Below are positions 1-10,738 of a stretch of DNA of 64,000 nucleotides, one piece after another (position 1 is the first letter of the stretch; each line of letters starts with the position of its first letter). The notes beneath the pieces are model-generated. The model made no database searches and was not told the origin of the DNA. It saw nothing but the letters and a program-made list of their open reading frames with translations. Source of the DNA: a virus (Duplodnaviria > Caudoviricetes); IMG/VR virus record IMGVR_UViG_3300028591_000117, positions 1-64,000 of that record, one strand, 5' to 3'. The position numbers and the translations under genes were made by a program.

Positions 1-1801
1 TATCTTCTACTTCTCCAAATGGATTTTCACAAGAGCAATAGTAGTTATATAAATCTTCTGCATTATCATAATCTTTAGCAGTTCTATTATTAGGTTTTCC
101 ATAATCATCCATTTGAGCATCTTCAATGAAACCATCAAAGAAATTGCATACAGCAGATGGGTCTATACCAAATGAATTATTATAGTCATGTGTATATATA
201 CTTCCTAAAACTATTTCTTGTCTTAACTTCCATAGTTGCTCTTTAGTTAAATTATTTATATCTATACTAGCAGACTCAGATAATAAGTAACATCCATCAT
301 CTAAATATTTTCTACTAGCATTTATTATTATTTTAGCTAAATCTGAATTCTTATCTAGTGTAGTTCCATTTTCTAAAGCTTCAATAAAGTTTTTATCTCC
401 ATCTTTATCATATCTAGAGTCATCCATATCTTTTTTAGCTAAACTTGGTAAATCTTTATTAGAAACAAGTATTTGTTCTTGTTGACCTATTAAGAAATAT
501 CTACCATCAGATAACTTACCAGCAATGTAGTCACGAGTTCCATCTTCATTATGATATGTAACTTTAGCAGTTAAATCTGTAGACTCTTTTAATTCTTCAT
601 TTTTTTCTTTAGCTAAACGTTTAGCATATTTAAATGCATCAGTTTCATTATCAAATTCTTTTTCATTATGTCCATGATATAGAACTATATAAGTTCCTTT
701 ATAATTCATTACACATACATTTTTAGATACTTTCTTTTGACCACTATTAGGAGATAGTGACTCATTCATATCAATATCTTTATTATCTTTTTCTTGTTCT
801 TCTTTCCATTGTTTAGAATATTCATTATAACTATCAATAACTCTTTGTTCTAATTTTTCTTGTAACTCTTGAAGATATGTAAAATTCATACAGTTATCGT
901 ATGTAGGTTCAACACAAACATGTCTAGCAGAACGACCTAAAAATAATAGTTTAGTTCCTGTCTCTTCTTCAAAGTCATCTGCTGCATTTTGAACATATAA
1001 AGTATAACCTTCATCATCAAAAGGCATTCCATCATCTTCTAGTTCCCATAAAGTATGATTACTATTTAACTCTAAATAAGTTGGTCCATGATTCTCTTGG
1101 TCATAATAACCATGCTCAGCTAAAACTTCTAAAGCATTTAAAGCTCTTTCTTTAGCTTTATCAAATAAGTCTTTACTTATATCCATAGTATAACCAATAA
1201 ATTCTTCATAACTAGGTAGATAATCAGCATCACCTTCATCAAATAAATATCTTGCAGCTTCATCTATAATACTTTCCATATTTTTATTATAGCTTTCTGC
1301 TTCATTCATACTATCTCCAGAGTCATTCTGAGATACTTCTGGTTCACTTTGTTTATTAGTTAATATATCATTAAGTTCTTTATAAGTTTGTTCACCAGCA
1401 TTTCCAGAAATTAATGGTTCTAAGTTCAAGACAGCTTCATAATAAGCTTCATCTTCATCAAACTCAGAGTTATCCATATTAAAAAACTCTTTCCATTGTT
1501 CATTATAAGGTTTTAATGCTGAAGTAAAATCACATATAAGTACTGGAGCATATCCACCATCAACTTGTTTAACTATTTTAGTTCTTTTAGCTAAAAGATT
1601 TAAAAATTTTGTCATTTCAGGATATTCATTATCACTATCATTAACATTATGACAAAATGCTACCATCATGTCAATATCTTTATCAGATACATCCATATCA
1701 ATTTCACCATCACATACATTAACAATATAGTCATATAGAGTCATTCCTGGTTTTGCACTAGTATCTAAACTTTCTAATAAAGATTTAGTTATATTCTTCA
1801 T
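1..1801 (-). CDS. Large acidic putative internal head (poly)protein; runs off the window edge
   Basis: Not in the ORF track. ATG at 1801 after GGAGG; MKNITKSLLESLD...; spot checks at 272, 581 and 2-31 stay in frame. Repeated LLES/MNEA/MNES/LKES/LSES motifs; adjacent to portal. Confidence 0.65.
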   Translation of the reverse strand, partial: MKNITKSLLESLDTSAKPGMTLYDYIVNVCDGEIDMDVSDKDIDMMVAFCHNVNDSDNEYPEMTKFLNLLAKRTKIVKQVDGGYAPVLICDFTSALKPYNEQWKEFFNMDNSEFDEDEAYYEAVLNLEPLISGNAGEQTYKELNDILTNKQSEPEVSQNDSGDSMNEAESYNKNMESIIDEAARYLFDEGDADYLPSYEEFIGYTMDISKDLFDKAKERALNALEVLAEHGYYDQENHGPTYLELNSNHTLWELEDDGMPFDDEGYTLYVQNAADDFEEETGTKLLFLGRSARHVCVEPTYDNCMNFTYLQELQEKLEQRVIDSYNEYSKQWKEEQEKDNKDIDMNESLSPNSGQKKVSKNVCVMNYKGTYIVLYHGHNEKEFDNETDAFKYAKRLAKEKNEELKESTDLTAKVTYHNEDGTRDYIAGKLSDGRYFLIGQQEQILVSNKDLPSLAKKDMDDSRYDKDGDKNFIEALENGTTLDKNSDLAKIIINASRKYLDDGCYLLSESASIDINNLTKEQLWKLRQEIVLGSIYTHDYNNSFGIDPSAVCNFFDGFIEDAQMDDYGKPNNRTAKDYDNAEDLYNYYCSCENPFGEVED

Positions 1802-1875
1802 TATATCTTTTCCTCCTTTAATTATATTTATTATATCATTACTATTAATATAAGTTAATTGGAAAAAATTTCCAA

Positions 1876-3858
1876 TTAACTTAACTCTCTAGATAAACCT
1901 GATGGAGCTTCCATAGAACCACTAGCTTCAAAGTCACTATCACCAGCTCCTATCTCTTCTCCTTCAAGACTATCTTCATTATTTTCTTCAACATCACTTT
2001 CGAAGTTCTCTAAATCAGGTCCACCACTATCTAAACCTCCTAAGTCAGGTCCACCACCTAGACTCGGTCCACCTAAACTAGGACCTCCAGCTTCAGTATT
2101 TTCTTGTGATTGAGACAGCTCTCCATCTTGTTCTGCTTCTTCAATAATATCTAAATAATCAGAACCAAGCCACTCTTTAATCAATGAATTTCTTAACTCA
2201 GTAGTTCCAGCTACGTCTATTCCTAAATTCTCAAAGCTTTCAAGTAATTTACCTAATGTTTCTATTTGAACTTGTTTAGTTTCACATCTTTGATTATCTT
2301 CTTCAGTATTTATAGAAGTAAATACTATTTTAAAATCAGGTAGTTCTCTTAGAACACTCTCAGGTCTAGTAAACTCAAGATATTTTAAGCATAAATCTTT
2401 AAGACCTTCAGCAGCTATACTTTGAATACCTTTAATTGTTCTTGCATATCTTATATCCATTCTTGTTAATGATGTATTTATTAAACCACCACTATCTTCT
2501 GAGAAACCTAAGAATGCTTTTGGAATTCTTAATGCTGCAAATAACTTATCTTTAAAGTAATCTAAGTCTATAGCATCTTTAAGATTAACATCTCCACCAA
2601 CAACTTTAATATCTATATTACCAATACCATTACGTGTTGGAATAAAGATACTATCTCCTAGTGGAATTTGTCTCATTTCAGAGTTATATACTTTTTCTTT
2701 AACATTAATAGTCTCATCTGATTTAATTCTATTCTTTAGCTCATTAAGTATTTTCTTAGTTTCAGTATCACCTTTATTTCCAACTTCAACTGAGAATATA
2801 CGATATAGAGTAGAACGAGTCATACGAGTAAGCATTAAAATATCTTCAAGAGCAGATAAGATTTGCCAAGCAACAATAGCATTATCTAAATAAGACTGAC
2901 CTCTTCTTAATACAAAGTAATCTTTATTAGTTATACTATCATTATATGGACCAACTTCAAAGTTAATATGATATTTACCAGTACTATTAGCAAAGTTAAC
3001 TACATTTTTAGGACTAATAAAGAAATTAGGTTTTCTTACATCCATAAAAGCTATTGTTTTTCCTTTAGCTAATAATTCCCAGATATTAGTACCTGAACTT
3101 ATGCACTCAGTAAACCATCTTCCTCTAATTAGTCTTCTGATATCTTCATCATTACCTGATGTTAAAATATCTTCATTTAATTTCTGTTCTTTAAGAACTC
3201 TTTTACCTTTATTAGGTTTTAAAGCTTCATTAAGATACTTAATAACTCTATTCTTAGTACCTAAATCTGTCATACTATCAAAGTCTAAATTTTTAATACT
3301 CTCATTTAAAAGCTCAGTAAATTTAGATGTACTATCTTCTGTAATTCCTTCTTTAAGAATTTCATCAAAGATAGGTTTAGATATAGCTTCAAATGTTGGC
3401 TTATTCTTATCTATAAGAGCTAACCTATCGTCTTCTAACTTATCAATAAAATCAATTCTTACAGGACATTGACCATAGATAATAACTCTTCTAAGTATCT
3501 CTCTTAACTCTTTGTCCATTCTTAAATCAGATTTTAAGAAACGATTAAGCTCATCAGTTAAACCTTTAGCTAAGTCTTTTTCTAGTTTATCATCAGTATT
3601 ATCAACATCTATCCAGAAAATCTCCTGCTTTTGTGGGTCTACTTGAAGAGCATCATCAATATACATATCGACTGCAGCTGAGATAATTGCATCATCCATC
3701 ATTCTGTCTAATACATAATCAGTATTATAAGTATCAGATGCTATAAGTCTTAGTCCTCTAATAAAGTTATATGACTCAATGCCAGCTACTTCATAGTTCT
3801 GAGCTAAACCACTAGCTTCATTTAAAGACTGCTTGGATTTTCTACTAAATAATGCCAT
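1876..3858 (-). CDS. Portal protein, T4 gp20-like
   Basis: Motifs LEDILMLTRMTRST-YRIFSVEVGN, IFIPTR, DLDYFKDKLFAALRIPKAFLG and DIRYARTI are typical of gp20-like portals; acidic Gly-rich tail. Confidence 0.9.
   Translation of the reverse strand: MALFSRKSKQSLNEASGLAQNYEVAGIESYNFIRGLRLIASDTYNTDYVLDRMMDDAIISAAVDMYIDDALQVDPQKQEIFWIDVDNTDDKLEKDLAKGLTDELNRFLKSDLRMDKELREILRRVIIYGQCPVRIDFIDKLEDDRLALIDKNKPTFEAISKPIFDEILKEGITEDSTSKFTELLNESIKNLDFDSMTDLGTKNRVIKYLNEALKPNKGKRVLKEQKLNEDILTSGNDEDIRRLIRGRWFTECISSGTNIWELLAKGKTIAFMDVRKPNFFISPKNVVNFANSTGKYHINFEVGPYNDSITNKDYFVLRRGQSYLDNAIVAWQILSALEDILMLTRMTRSTLYRIFSVEVGNKGDTETKKILNELKNRIKSDETINVKEKVYNSEMRQIPLGDSIFIPTRNGIGNIDIKVVGGDVNLKDAIDLDYFKDKLFAALRIPKAFLGFSEDSGGLINTSLTRMDIRYARTIKGIQSIAAEGLKDLCLKYLEFTRPESVLRELPDFKIVFTSINTEEDNQRCETKQVQIETLGKLLESFENLGIDVAGTTELRNSLIKEWLGSDYLDIIEEAEQDGELSQSQENTEAGGPSLGGPSLGGGPDLGGLDSGGPDLENFESDVEENNEDSLEGEEIGAGDSDFEASGSMEAPSGLSRELS
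2010..2090 (-). repeat. Imperfect coding repeat GGP(S/D)LG in portal tail
   Basis: Translation GGPSLGGPSLGGGPDLGGLDSGGPDL. Confidence 0.7.
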
Positions 3859-3892
3859 AAATCTTTCCTCCTTTTCTTCATAACATCTAAAA

Positions 3893-3902
3893 TAATATAT
3901 AA
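3893..3902 (-). promoter_or_regulatory. Class II (late-type) promoter motif TTATATATTA upstream of portal
   Basis: Same motif at 8651, 9016, 31843, 51660 and 58977, usually right after a terminator U-tract. Confidence 0.55.
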
Positions 3903-3930
3903 AAAAGAGAACTAAATATTTAGTTCTCTT
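3901..3930 (-). terminator. Intrinsic terminator
   Basis: AGAGAACTAAA/TTTAGTTCTCT inverted repeat followed by a U-run on minus. Confidence 0.75.
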
Positions 3931-4297
3931 CTAATATTGACTTATCAATCATTCTTTCATCAAAACCTTCTACTATGAACTTATAGTATGTTCTCTTAGT
4001 ATTACCTGCTGGTAGAACTGATATTCTATATAAGCGTCGTTCTATTCCATCTTCTCTAGAAGGTAACTTACGATTACTCATACCACCTTCAAGAAAATCA
4101 GGACAATTCATAAACTCTTCTATAATGTCATAAGGAACTACCTTAGCATTAGGAATTATTCCACCTCCAGGTTCTTTACCAGAGTTTGGATAATTCTTTA
4201 ATTTAGCTCTAAGTTTAGCATACTCCTTATTTTTTGGTTTCTCTGAATGAGTCATATTGAATAATTGAATTAGTGCTTTGTCTGAAAATAGTTTCAT
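3920..4297 (-). CDS. Hypothetical protein
   Basis: ORF with GGAGG RBS. Confidence 0.6.
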   Translation of the reverse strand: MKLFSDKALIQLFNMTHSEKPKNKEYAKLRAKLKNYPNSGKEPGGGIIPNAKVVPYDIIEEFMNCPDFLEGGMSNRKLPSREDGIERRLYRISVLPAGNTKRTYYKFIVEGFDERMIDKSILEEN

Positions 4298-4305
4298 AAA
4301 TCCTC

Positions 4306-4458
4306 CTACTTATTTGTTCTTTTCTCAATTTCTTTTTTAACTTGTTTTAACATCTCTTTGTCATCATCAGTAGCTTTGTTCTTATCTACAAGACTTTGTA
4401 AGTCTTGTAGATATAACTTAAGCTCAACTAATGACCACTTCTTAAAACGGTCATTCAT
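4306..4458 (-). CDS. Small hypothetical protein (50 aa)
   Basis: Read by hand: MNDRFKKWSLVELKLYL...; AAGGA RBS; fills the gap between neighbours. Confidence 0.55.
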   Translation of the reverse strand: MNDRFKKWSLVELKLYLQDLQSLVDKNKATDDDKEMLKQVKKEIEKRTNK

Positions 4459-4470
4459 ATTAATTCCTTT

Positions 4471-4932
4471 CTAGTCTTCTAAGTATGGAAGCATTCTTTC
4501 TTCGAATGCATCAACATTTTCTGGTATAATATCACAAGCATCCATCATCCAAAACTTACCAGCGGTTCTCCATCCACAGTTCCAAGTGTCATATAAGTTT
4601 CCTTTAACAGCACATGTTAAGTGGTGAGCACAATGGATAAGTAATATAGAGTTAGGATATTCTTCTATTACTTCTTTAACTGTATACTTAGTTCCATCTG
4701 CATGTTTTAATTGTTTCATTTGTATGAACAAGTGGTCTTTTAAATATTGACCATAAACATGAGGGTCATTAGGCATTCTACATTTCTTAGCACCTATCTT
4801 GCATAAGTCTTCATATACTGAAGACCAATCCATCTTTTTATAAGCTGCTTCAATAGCTGTAGATACTGCTCTAACTACACAGTCACCAGTCTTCCATCCT
4901 TTAGGATTAGAATTATACCTAAAGAAATTCAT
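4471..4932 (-). CDS. Conserved phage hypothetical protein (possible papain-like Cys-His-Asp fold)
   Basis: NPKG...GDCVVRA...HLTC...DTW pattern. Confidence 0.5.
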   Translation of the reverse strand: MNFFRYNSNPKGWKTGDCVVRAVSTAIEAAYKKMDWSSVYEDLCKIGAKKCRMPNDPHVYGQYLKDHLFIQMKQLKHADGTKYTVKEVIEEYPNSILLIHCAHHLTCAVKGNLYDTWNCGWRTAGKFWMMDACDIIPENVDAFEERMLPYLED

Positions 4933-5049
4933 TAACCTACATCTCCTTTCATTTTAAATTTTCAAAGAACATTTCGATAAAACGATACATAAATTTAGTG
5001 CCTAGTATTTCGCTTTATCTGTATATATTATACCACTTTTTGACTAAAA

Positions 5050-5204
5050 TGTAAATTTACACTTTTTAAAGTGTAAACCACTTTACACTATTTTTAACCA
5101 GGTACTTGTTGCCACGCAATACTTTCAGAAGTTCGAAAAAATTTTTTAAAAAATTTTTAAGAAAAAGTGTAAACCATATTTCTAGGTTTACACTTACTTT
5201 ACAC
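5050..5204. repeat. Cluster of about 7 GTGTAAA/TTTACAC motifs in both orientations next to a sigmaA-type promoter
   Basis: Copies at 5050, 5056, 5071, 5082, 5167, 5187 and 5198; TG-x-TATAAT on minus at about 5027-5035. Confidence 0.6.
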
Positions 5205-5216
5205 TTTTATTATATA

Positions 5217-6707
5217 TTATTCTTTATTTTCAGGTACTTCATCTTCAATAATATCATACTTACTTCTATCAAATTTTTCACCATTACGTAAGTATTTATC
5301 TTTAGATTTAGACATCTTAGCATAAACTATTTGTTTAGCTTCATCTCTTAATTGTTTCATAGCTTTATCTAATAGTTTATATGATGAATAGAAATCAAGT
5401 GATAACTCTTGTTTTAAATCATTATATAACTTCATTAATTTATCATCAGCACCATCATAGTACTCATCTTTATGTGTATCATAGTTATAATGTTTAAAGT
5501 TAAAGTTATCTGAGAAATTAATACCTCTACCACCATCATAGTAAATTGTATATATTGGTTGGCTATCTCCTCTGTCTGTAGTCATAAAGTTCATTAATCT
5601 ATCTAATTCTTCTTGACCATATTTTTCAGCTAAATCTGTATTATTTCTAATATAAGAAGCTAATTCACTTTTAGTTATATAGAACTTAGTCATAAAACCA
5701 CGACCCCATCTACCACTTGGTTCATGAGTCATGTTATATAACAAACTCTCTATATCAAAGTTACCTGGTTCTAACTCTAAACCTCTTTGAGACATATACT
5801 CAGTAAATTCATTTTCTAGTATCTCAGTCATTCTATCGAACATCTTTTGAATTTGCATTCTTATTTTTCTATCAGATATTCTTTCTTTCCAATACTCTTC
5901 AAGTTCATCAAAATCAAATATCTCTATATAATCTTCAACATCGATATCTTTAGCTTCAGTTAAACCATGCTCTTTAATAAATGACTCATCTAAGTTTTTA
6001 GCTCTTATAACTTTACCATACTGGTCATACCAGTTTTTACTTAATTCATCTTCTTTCTCTTTAGCAGATAAATTAGTATACTTATCATAGTTACCTCTTA
6101 ATTTTTTAAACTCAGCTATATGTTCTTGAATAGCTTTTACTAAACCTTCATAAATTTCACCTAAAAAATCATTTATAGCTACTTTACTTTGTCTTCTTAA
6201 ATCATCAAAGTTAGTATAACCACTTAATATCTTTCTCATAGCTGATGTCTTATTATTCCATGGGTCTTCACCAGTAAAATTAACTGCGAAATCTTCAACA
6301 TAACTATGAGCATCAGGCATCATCTCTAATTCAGAAAATTTACTAGCTACAAATTCAGCTAAATTCTTAGGTTTAACGTCTACATAAATTGACTCTCTAT
6401 CATAGTCTTCTTTTAAACCTACAGGACTTCCATACTTAGGAGCAAATGTATCTGGAACTACTTTATTAAATCTATTTGTTAAATCTAATACAGCATCTTG
6501 TTTAAACCTTTCTTTAGCATCTGTGTCTGAACTATCTCTACTTCCTGTCATATTTTCTCTTGTTCTTTGATTTAATTCTTTAAAATCATAACCTTTAACT
6601 TTTCTTCTTATCTTTATCTTTTGAGGCATTTCAACTAAAGTTTCTTTATTATTTGTTGACTCTTTTAATAAAGATAATATATTCATACTTATTCTATCTT
6701 TTGCCAT
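5217..6707 (-). CDS. Putative internal head protein with L/I-x-E sites
   Basis: LLKES, LVEM, LKED, LDES and LTEA motifs; directly downstream of terminase. Confidence 0.5.
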   Translation of the reverse strand: MAKDRISMNILSLLKESTNNKETLVEMPQKIKIRRKVKGYDFKELNQRTRENMTGSRDSSDTDAKERFKQDAVLDLTNRFNKVVPDTFAPKYGSPVGLKEDYDRESIYVDVKPKNLAEFVASKFSELEMMPDAHSYVEDFAVNFTGEDPWNNKTSAMRKILSGYTNFDDLRRQSKVAINDFLGEIYEGLVKAIQEHIAEFKKLRGNYDKYTNLSAKEKEDELSKNWYDQYGKVIRAKNLDESFIKEHGLTEAKDIDVEDYIEIFDFDELEEYWKERISDRKIRMQIQKMFDRMTEILENEFTEYMSQRGLELEPGNFDIESLLYNMTHEPSGRWGRGFMTKFYITKSELASYIRNNTDLAEKYGQEELDRLMNFMTTDRGDSQPIYTIYYDGGRGINFSDNFNFKHYNYDTHKDEYYDGADDKLMKLYNDLKQELSLDFYSSYKLLDKAMKQLRDEAKQIVYAKMSKSKDKYLRNGEKFDRSKYDIIEDEVPENKE

Positions 6708-6727
6708 AATTTAAACTCCTTTCTAAT

Positions 6728-8617
6728 TTAATATATATTTTTAAAGCCATTTAATAACTCGTCTCTATCATTAACATAACTATTATACTTAGTATCATTC
6801 AAAAAGTAATTTATATCACTTTCTCTTTGAGTTTCTTCTACTGCTGGATATTCAAGAGCATTTGCTACTGAACCACAAACTGCATCGGAAACGTCTTTTG
6901 TTCCACCTTCTTTTACTGGTGGATGGTCTACTTTACCTTGAGCTCTATACCAATTTAAACCGAATAACTCTTTCTCATACCACTCATTTCTATAATGATG
7001 AATTCTTCCTTGATAATATAACTCAGTTAAATCTAAATACTCTTTATCACTTCTATCTACAGACCTAAACTCAACATTATAACCAGACTTAGATAAATCT
7101 TGAACAGCTTCTGCAGATTGGAAAGTATCGTATGTTATCTTTCCATAAGATATTCCAAATACTCTCTCTTGCCAAGGTATTATACTTCTAACCTTAGCTA
7201 AATCAATCTTGTGAGGTGGCTTTGGAGGATTTATTCTAATCATCCAATCAAATTTAATACTTACTTTAGGTAAACCATATTCATCATAAGTAACTCCATC
7301 TATATAGCACTGAGCAGCACCATAGCTATCTCCAGATGTTGATTGGTCGAAGTGTATAAATCTCTTCTTAGTTACATCTTTCGGTCTCCAGTCTTTCTTA
7401 AAATAATCCTGGATAGTTGTATTAGCATTAGTTGATATTACTATCTGGTCTTGAGTAAATGGACTTTCTTCATCAGTTAATGCTCTTGCATAACTATCTC
7501 TATTTGAGAATAACTTACCTGTTGCAGCTACTGGTACACCAGCTATATCTTGTAATGCTTGGATTATATTACCTTCAAACTCTTTTCTAAAGTTTTCAGG
7601 TACTTCTATAAACCTCTTTTTAATATCATAATCATTTATATCTCTTATCGCTTCGTTTGGAGTATCACATTTGACTTCTGGTAAACGATAATGTATTCTA
7701 ATATAATTTATATCAGCCACACTATTACATATTACAGGGTCAATCAATTCATTTCCTGAAAAAACAACAAATCTTTCTTTAGAATATGTATCTACATTTT
7801 TAACTTCCCATATCTTAGCATCAAATACTATAACATGCTCATCTCCAGCACTCTCTTTAATTCTCTCTTCAGTAAAAGAACTTTCATACATACTAGATGA
7901 AACTAATACATTAAATGTAAAATCTTCATTATTTACTACGAAACGAGATTTACCTCTGGCTCTAACTGAGTTATACAGTTCTTTAGCTTTTGATTGAACG
8001 TCATTTATTGAAGTTCCTTTATTCTGAACTCCATCACCTTTAAAGAAGTTTGCTTCATCTACAAAGAATGATATTAAGTTCATACCTAGAACATCATTAC
8101 TTGTTGAAGCTGCCTTCATATAAATTCTAGACTGAGGCCACTCTAGTATTGAGTTTATTCTCTCGTTTCTTTTAAATATATTTTGGAAATAAGGTATAGT
8201 ATCTATTAAATCTCTTATCTGAGCAAAACCAACTTGGCCTGCTAAATCTTTAGTTATATTGAAATAAGCAAATAATATTTTAGAGTTAGTCATTAAATTA
8301 TATAAAGCTTGTGGTGGATAGTAACATGATAGTTCATAAAGTTTATATGCTATCATATAAACTGCAGCTGTTGACTTACCAGTACCTATAGAACCTGTAA
8401 TAATAACTTCATTTATTCTTATTTTATTATTAAAGACTTTTATTATAGCATCTTTCCAATATGGATATAACTGACTTGATGAAGGTCCTGAGTAAAACTC
8501 TTCACTTAACCAAGTTTCTATAGGAACTATCTCTCTTAATAATTTAGCTTCTTTGCCAACACCTTTAAACTCACTTATATCTTTAAATAAACTTTGTAAT
8601 TTTAAAGTATCTTCCAT
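6728..8617 (-). CDS. terL: Terminase large subunit
   Basis: Walker A ITGSIGTGKST, Walker B FFVDEA, RNase H-like nuclease HFDQS...YDTFQS...KVDHP...KDVSDA. Confidence 0.9.
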   Translation of the reverse strand: MEDTLKLQSLFKDISEFKGVGKEAKLLREIVPIETWLSEEFYSGPSSSQLYPYWKDAIIKVFNNKIRINEVIITGSIGTGKSTAAVYMIAYKLYELSCYYPPQALYNLMTNSKILFAYFNITKDLAGQVGFAQIRDLIDTIPYFQNIFKRNERINSILEWPQSRIYMKAASTSNDVLGMNLISFFVDEANFFKGDGVQNKGTSINDVQSKAKELYNSVRARGKSRFVVNNEDFTFNVLVSSSMYESSFTEERIKESAGDEHVIVFDAKIWEVKNVDTYSKERFVVFSGNELIDPVICNSVADINYIRIHYRLPEVKCDTPNEAIRDINDYDIKKRFIEVPENFRKEFEGNIIQALQDIAGVPVAATGKLFSNRDSYARALTDEESPFTQDQIVISTNANTTIQDYFKKDWRPKDVTKKRFIHFDQSTSGDSYGAAQCYIDGVTYDEYGLPKVSIKFDWMIRINPPKPPHKIDLAKVRSIIPWQERVFGISYGKITYDTFQSAEAVQDLSKSGYNVEFRSVDRSDKEYLDLTELYYQGRIHHYRNEWYEKELFGLNWYRAQGKVDHPPVKEGGTKDVSDAVCGSVANALEYPAVEETQRESDINYFLNDTKYNSYVNDRDELLNGFKNIY

Positions 8618-8658
8618 AAATATTGCTCCTTATAATACTAATATCTAAATTAATATAT

Positions 8659-8682
8659 AAAAAAAGAACTCTTAAGAGTTCT
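8659..8682 (-). terminator. Intrinsic terminator fused to a class II promoter (8651-8660)
   Basis: AGAACTCT/AGAGTTCT hairpin plus U-run. Confidence 0.7.
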
Positions 8683-8995
8683 ATTTAAATATAACTATTA
8701 AGTCATTTGCAAGTTTTGCTTTATCAGTATTTTTAGTTATCTCTTCTTTAGTTACACATCTATCTTCATAATAAATAATATCAAGAATATAATTATATAA
8801 GTCTGATGTATAAATACCAAACTTATCTAATATATCTGCTACATTCATCTCTAATGTTTCAAATGCTCTACTATCTTGAGTACCTCTAAATACATCTTCT
8901 TCATCATTACTAATATCTTCTAAATAAATATCAACTATATTATTTAAATCAGATATAAACTTATCTGTGTCTAATTCAACTATTTTAGTTTTCAT
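8681..8995 (-). CDS. Hypothetical protein
   Basis: ORF with GAGGTG RBS. Confidence 0.55.
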   Translation of the reverse strand: MKTKIVELDTDKFISDLNNIVDIYLEDISNDEEDVFRGTQDSRAFETLEMNVADILDKFGIYTSDLYNYILDIIYYEDRCVTKEEITKNTDKAKLANDLIVIFK

Positions 8996-9026
8996 ATTAC
9001 GTTCACCTCTAAGTTTAATATATAAA

Positions 9027-9392
9027 TTACTTATTACTTCTTAAATCAGCTATTTTAATATGATGCATATCTAACCAACTTATCATAAATGAAACAATAT
9101 CTTTTTCAGTTACATTTAATGGTTTATTAGCTATCATTGTATCACATAAACTAGCTAAAGCTGTGAGACATGATAATTTAATATAGTCATCATCTTTAGC
9201 TCCTGAAGTTATTATTTGTATACTTCTTCGCATTCCAGGTTTTCTTGAGAAAAATATATCTATATCAAATAGCTCATCAAGTCTTCCTGCAGATATATCT
9301 TGGCTCTTAGGAACCTTATCGTCTTTAGTTGAAGATTTATCAAATGCCATCTCTCTTAATTCTTGAAATAACTCCTCTAATCTATTATTCAT
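9027..9392 (-). CDS. Hypothetical protein
   Basis: ORF in a tightly packed operon. Confidence 0.55.
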   Translation of the reverse strand: MNNRLEELFQELREMAFDKSSTKDDKVPKSQDISAGRLDELFDIDIFFSRKPGMRRSIQIITSGAKDDDYIKLSCLTALASLCDTMIANKPLNVTEKDIVSFMISWLDMHHIKIADLRSNK

Positions 9393-9882
9393 CTTTAACC
9401 TCCTCTATAATATCTGGATTAAATACTAATAATGTATCTACATCCCAGCCATATAATTTATAATAAATACCATCAAAAAATCTTTCTTTAATATCTAAAT
9501 CTTTACTTCTATACATATAAACTAGCATTCCATCATATTCTTCAGCTAGTTTCTCAAAATCTATATCGCTATTCATTCTATCAAATTCTAGTAAATCTTT
9601 TATTCTTTCATTACTTACTCTTGGTAGTTTCTCTAAATCTTTAATATCTCTTATTTTTAATATCTTAGCATCATTTTTTAATTTAAAATCGAAATGTTCT
9701 TTTAACTTATCTAATGCAAATTCATTACTCTTAGACCATGATTTCCAATCTATATCTACATCTTTAGTAGGACAAGACCAGAGACCTCCATGAGGTTTAT
9801 TACTAAATTCTCTATTAGATATAGGACAAAATAAAGATTTATCAAACTTAGAATGACCATAGTGTCTATATATCTCTTTCAT
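9385..9882 (-). CDS. Conserved phage hypothetical protein
   Basis: NKPHGGLWS...YGWDVDTLLVFNP; start refined to MKEIYRH. Confidence 0.55.
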   Translation of the reverse strand: MKEIYRHYGHSKFDKSLFCPISNREFSNKPHGGLWSCPTKDVDIDWKSWSKSNEFALDKLKEHFDFKLKNDAKILKIRDIKDLEKLPRVSNERIKDLLEFDRMNSDIDFEKLAEEYDGMLVYMYRSKDLDIKERFFDGIYYKLYGWDVDTLLVFNPDIIEEVKDE

Positions 9883-9883
9883 A

Positions 9884-10501
9884 TTACCAACTCGAACTAT
9901 AATAAATAGTATCTTTTTCAAAGTTAAAATTTTTTAAAATATAGTTTAATTTATCTTTAGTATAAACTAGCATTCTATAATAATATTCATCATAATCAGT
10001 AAAACCAAAGTAAAAACCTTTTTGTGTAGGTAATTTTTCTTTACAATATCTAACACTCTTTCTAGTTAATTTCTTACCTTTAACTTTAATATATTTTTTA
10101 TAATAAAACCATAAGAACTTTTTAATTCTATATCCATTTCTTATAGTACCATCTTTAAGTTCTATATTATCTAATAAATTAGTAACTAAAGCTAATAAAT
10201 CTTCTATATTACTTTTAGTAAGACGATATTTTTCACAGTTATCTACTCCATGTTGAACATTATCTACAAACCACTTATGAATTGCATTTGCTTTTCTCCA
10301 ATAAGCTAGCTCATATACATCTTCAGCAAAATCAGCTTCTCTCATATACTTAGTATTATTTTCAAATACTCCATCTTTAGGTATATCAAATTCTACTTCT
10401 TCTCCATCTTTATAGTAATATCTAGTAACTTCACAACCTTTTATTACCTTATTACCTCTTTTTACTCTTCTATTTAGTCTTATAGACATATCTAAACCCA
10501 T
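9884..10501 (-). CDS. Conserved phage hypothetical protein
   Basis: MGLDM...YWRKANAIHKWF...LPTQKGFYFG...YYSSSW pattern common in phages. Confidence 0.65.
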   Translation of the reverse strand: MGLDMSIRLNRRVKRGNKVIKGCEVTRYYYKDGEEVEFDIPKDGVFENNTKYMREADFAEDVYELAYWRKANAIHKWFVDNVQHGVDNCEKYRLTKSNIEDLLALVTNLLDNIELKDGTIRNGYRIKKFLWFYYKKYIKVKGKKLTRKSVRYCKEKLPTQKGFYFGFTDYDEYYYRMLVYTKDKLNYILKNFNFEKDTIYYSSSW

Positions 10502-10738
10502 TAAATCTCCTCCTTACTACTTATCTTACCATCTATATCAAACTTAAAACCAAGTCCTTTACAAAGTAACTCAATTGAAAGTTGATAACTATCATTTAAC
10601 TCTTCATTAAATGGAGCTTCTAATGAAAGCTCTAATACTTTAAAATATAAATCTAATAACTCTTTAGGTATTATCTCTTCTACTTTATCTAAGAATTCTA
10701 TATGATATTTATCTTCATTATATAACTTAGCTAAACTA

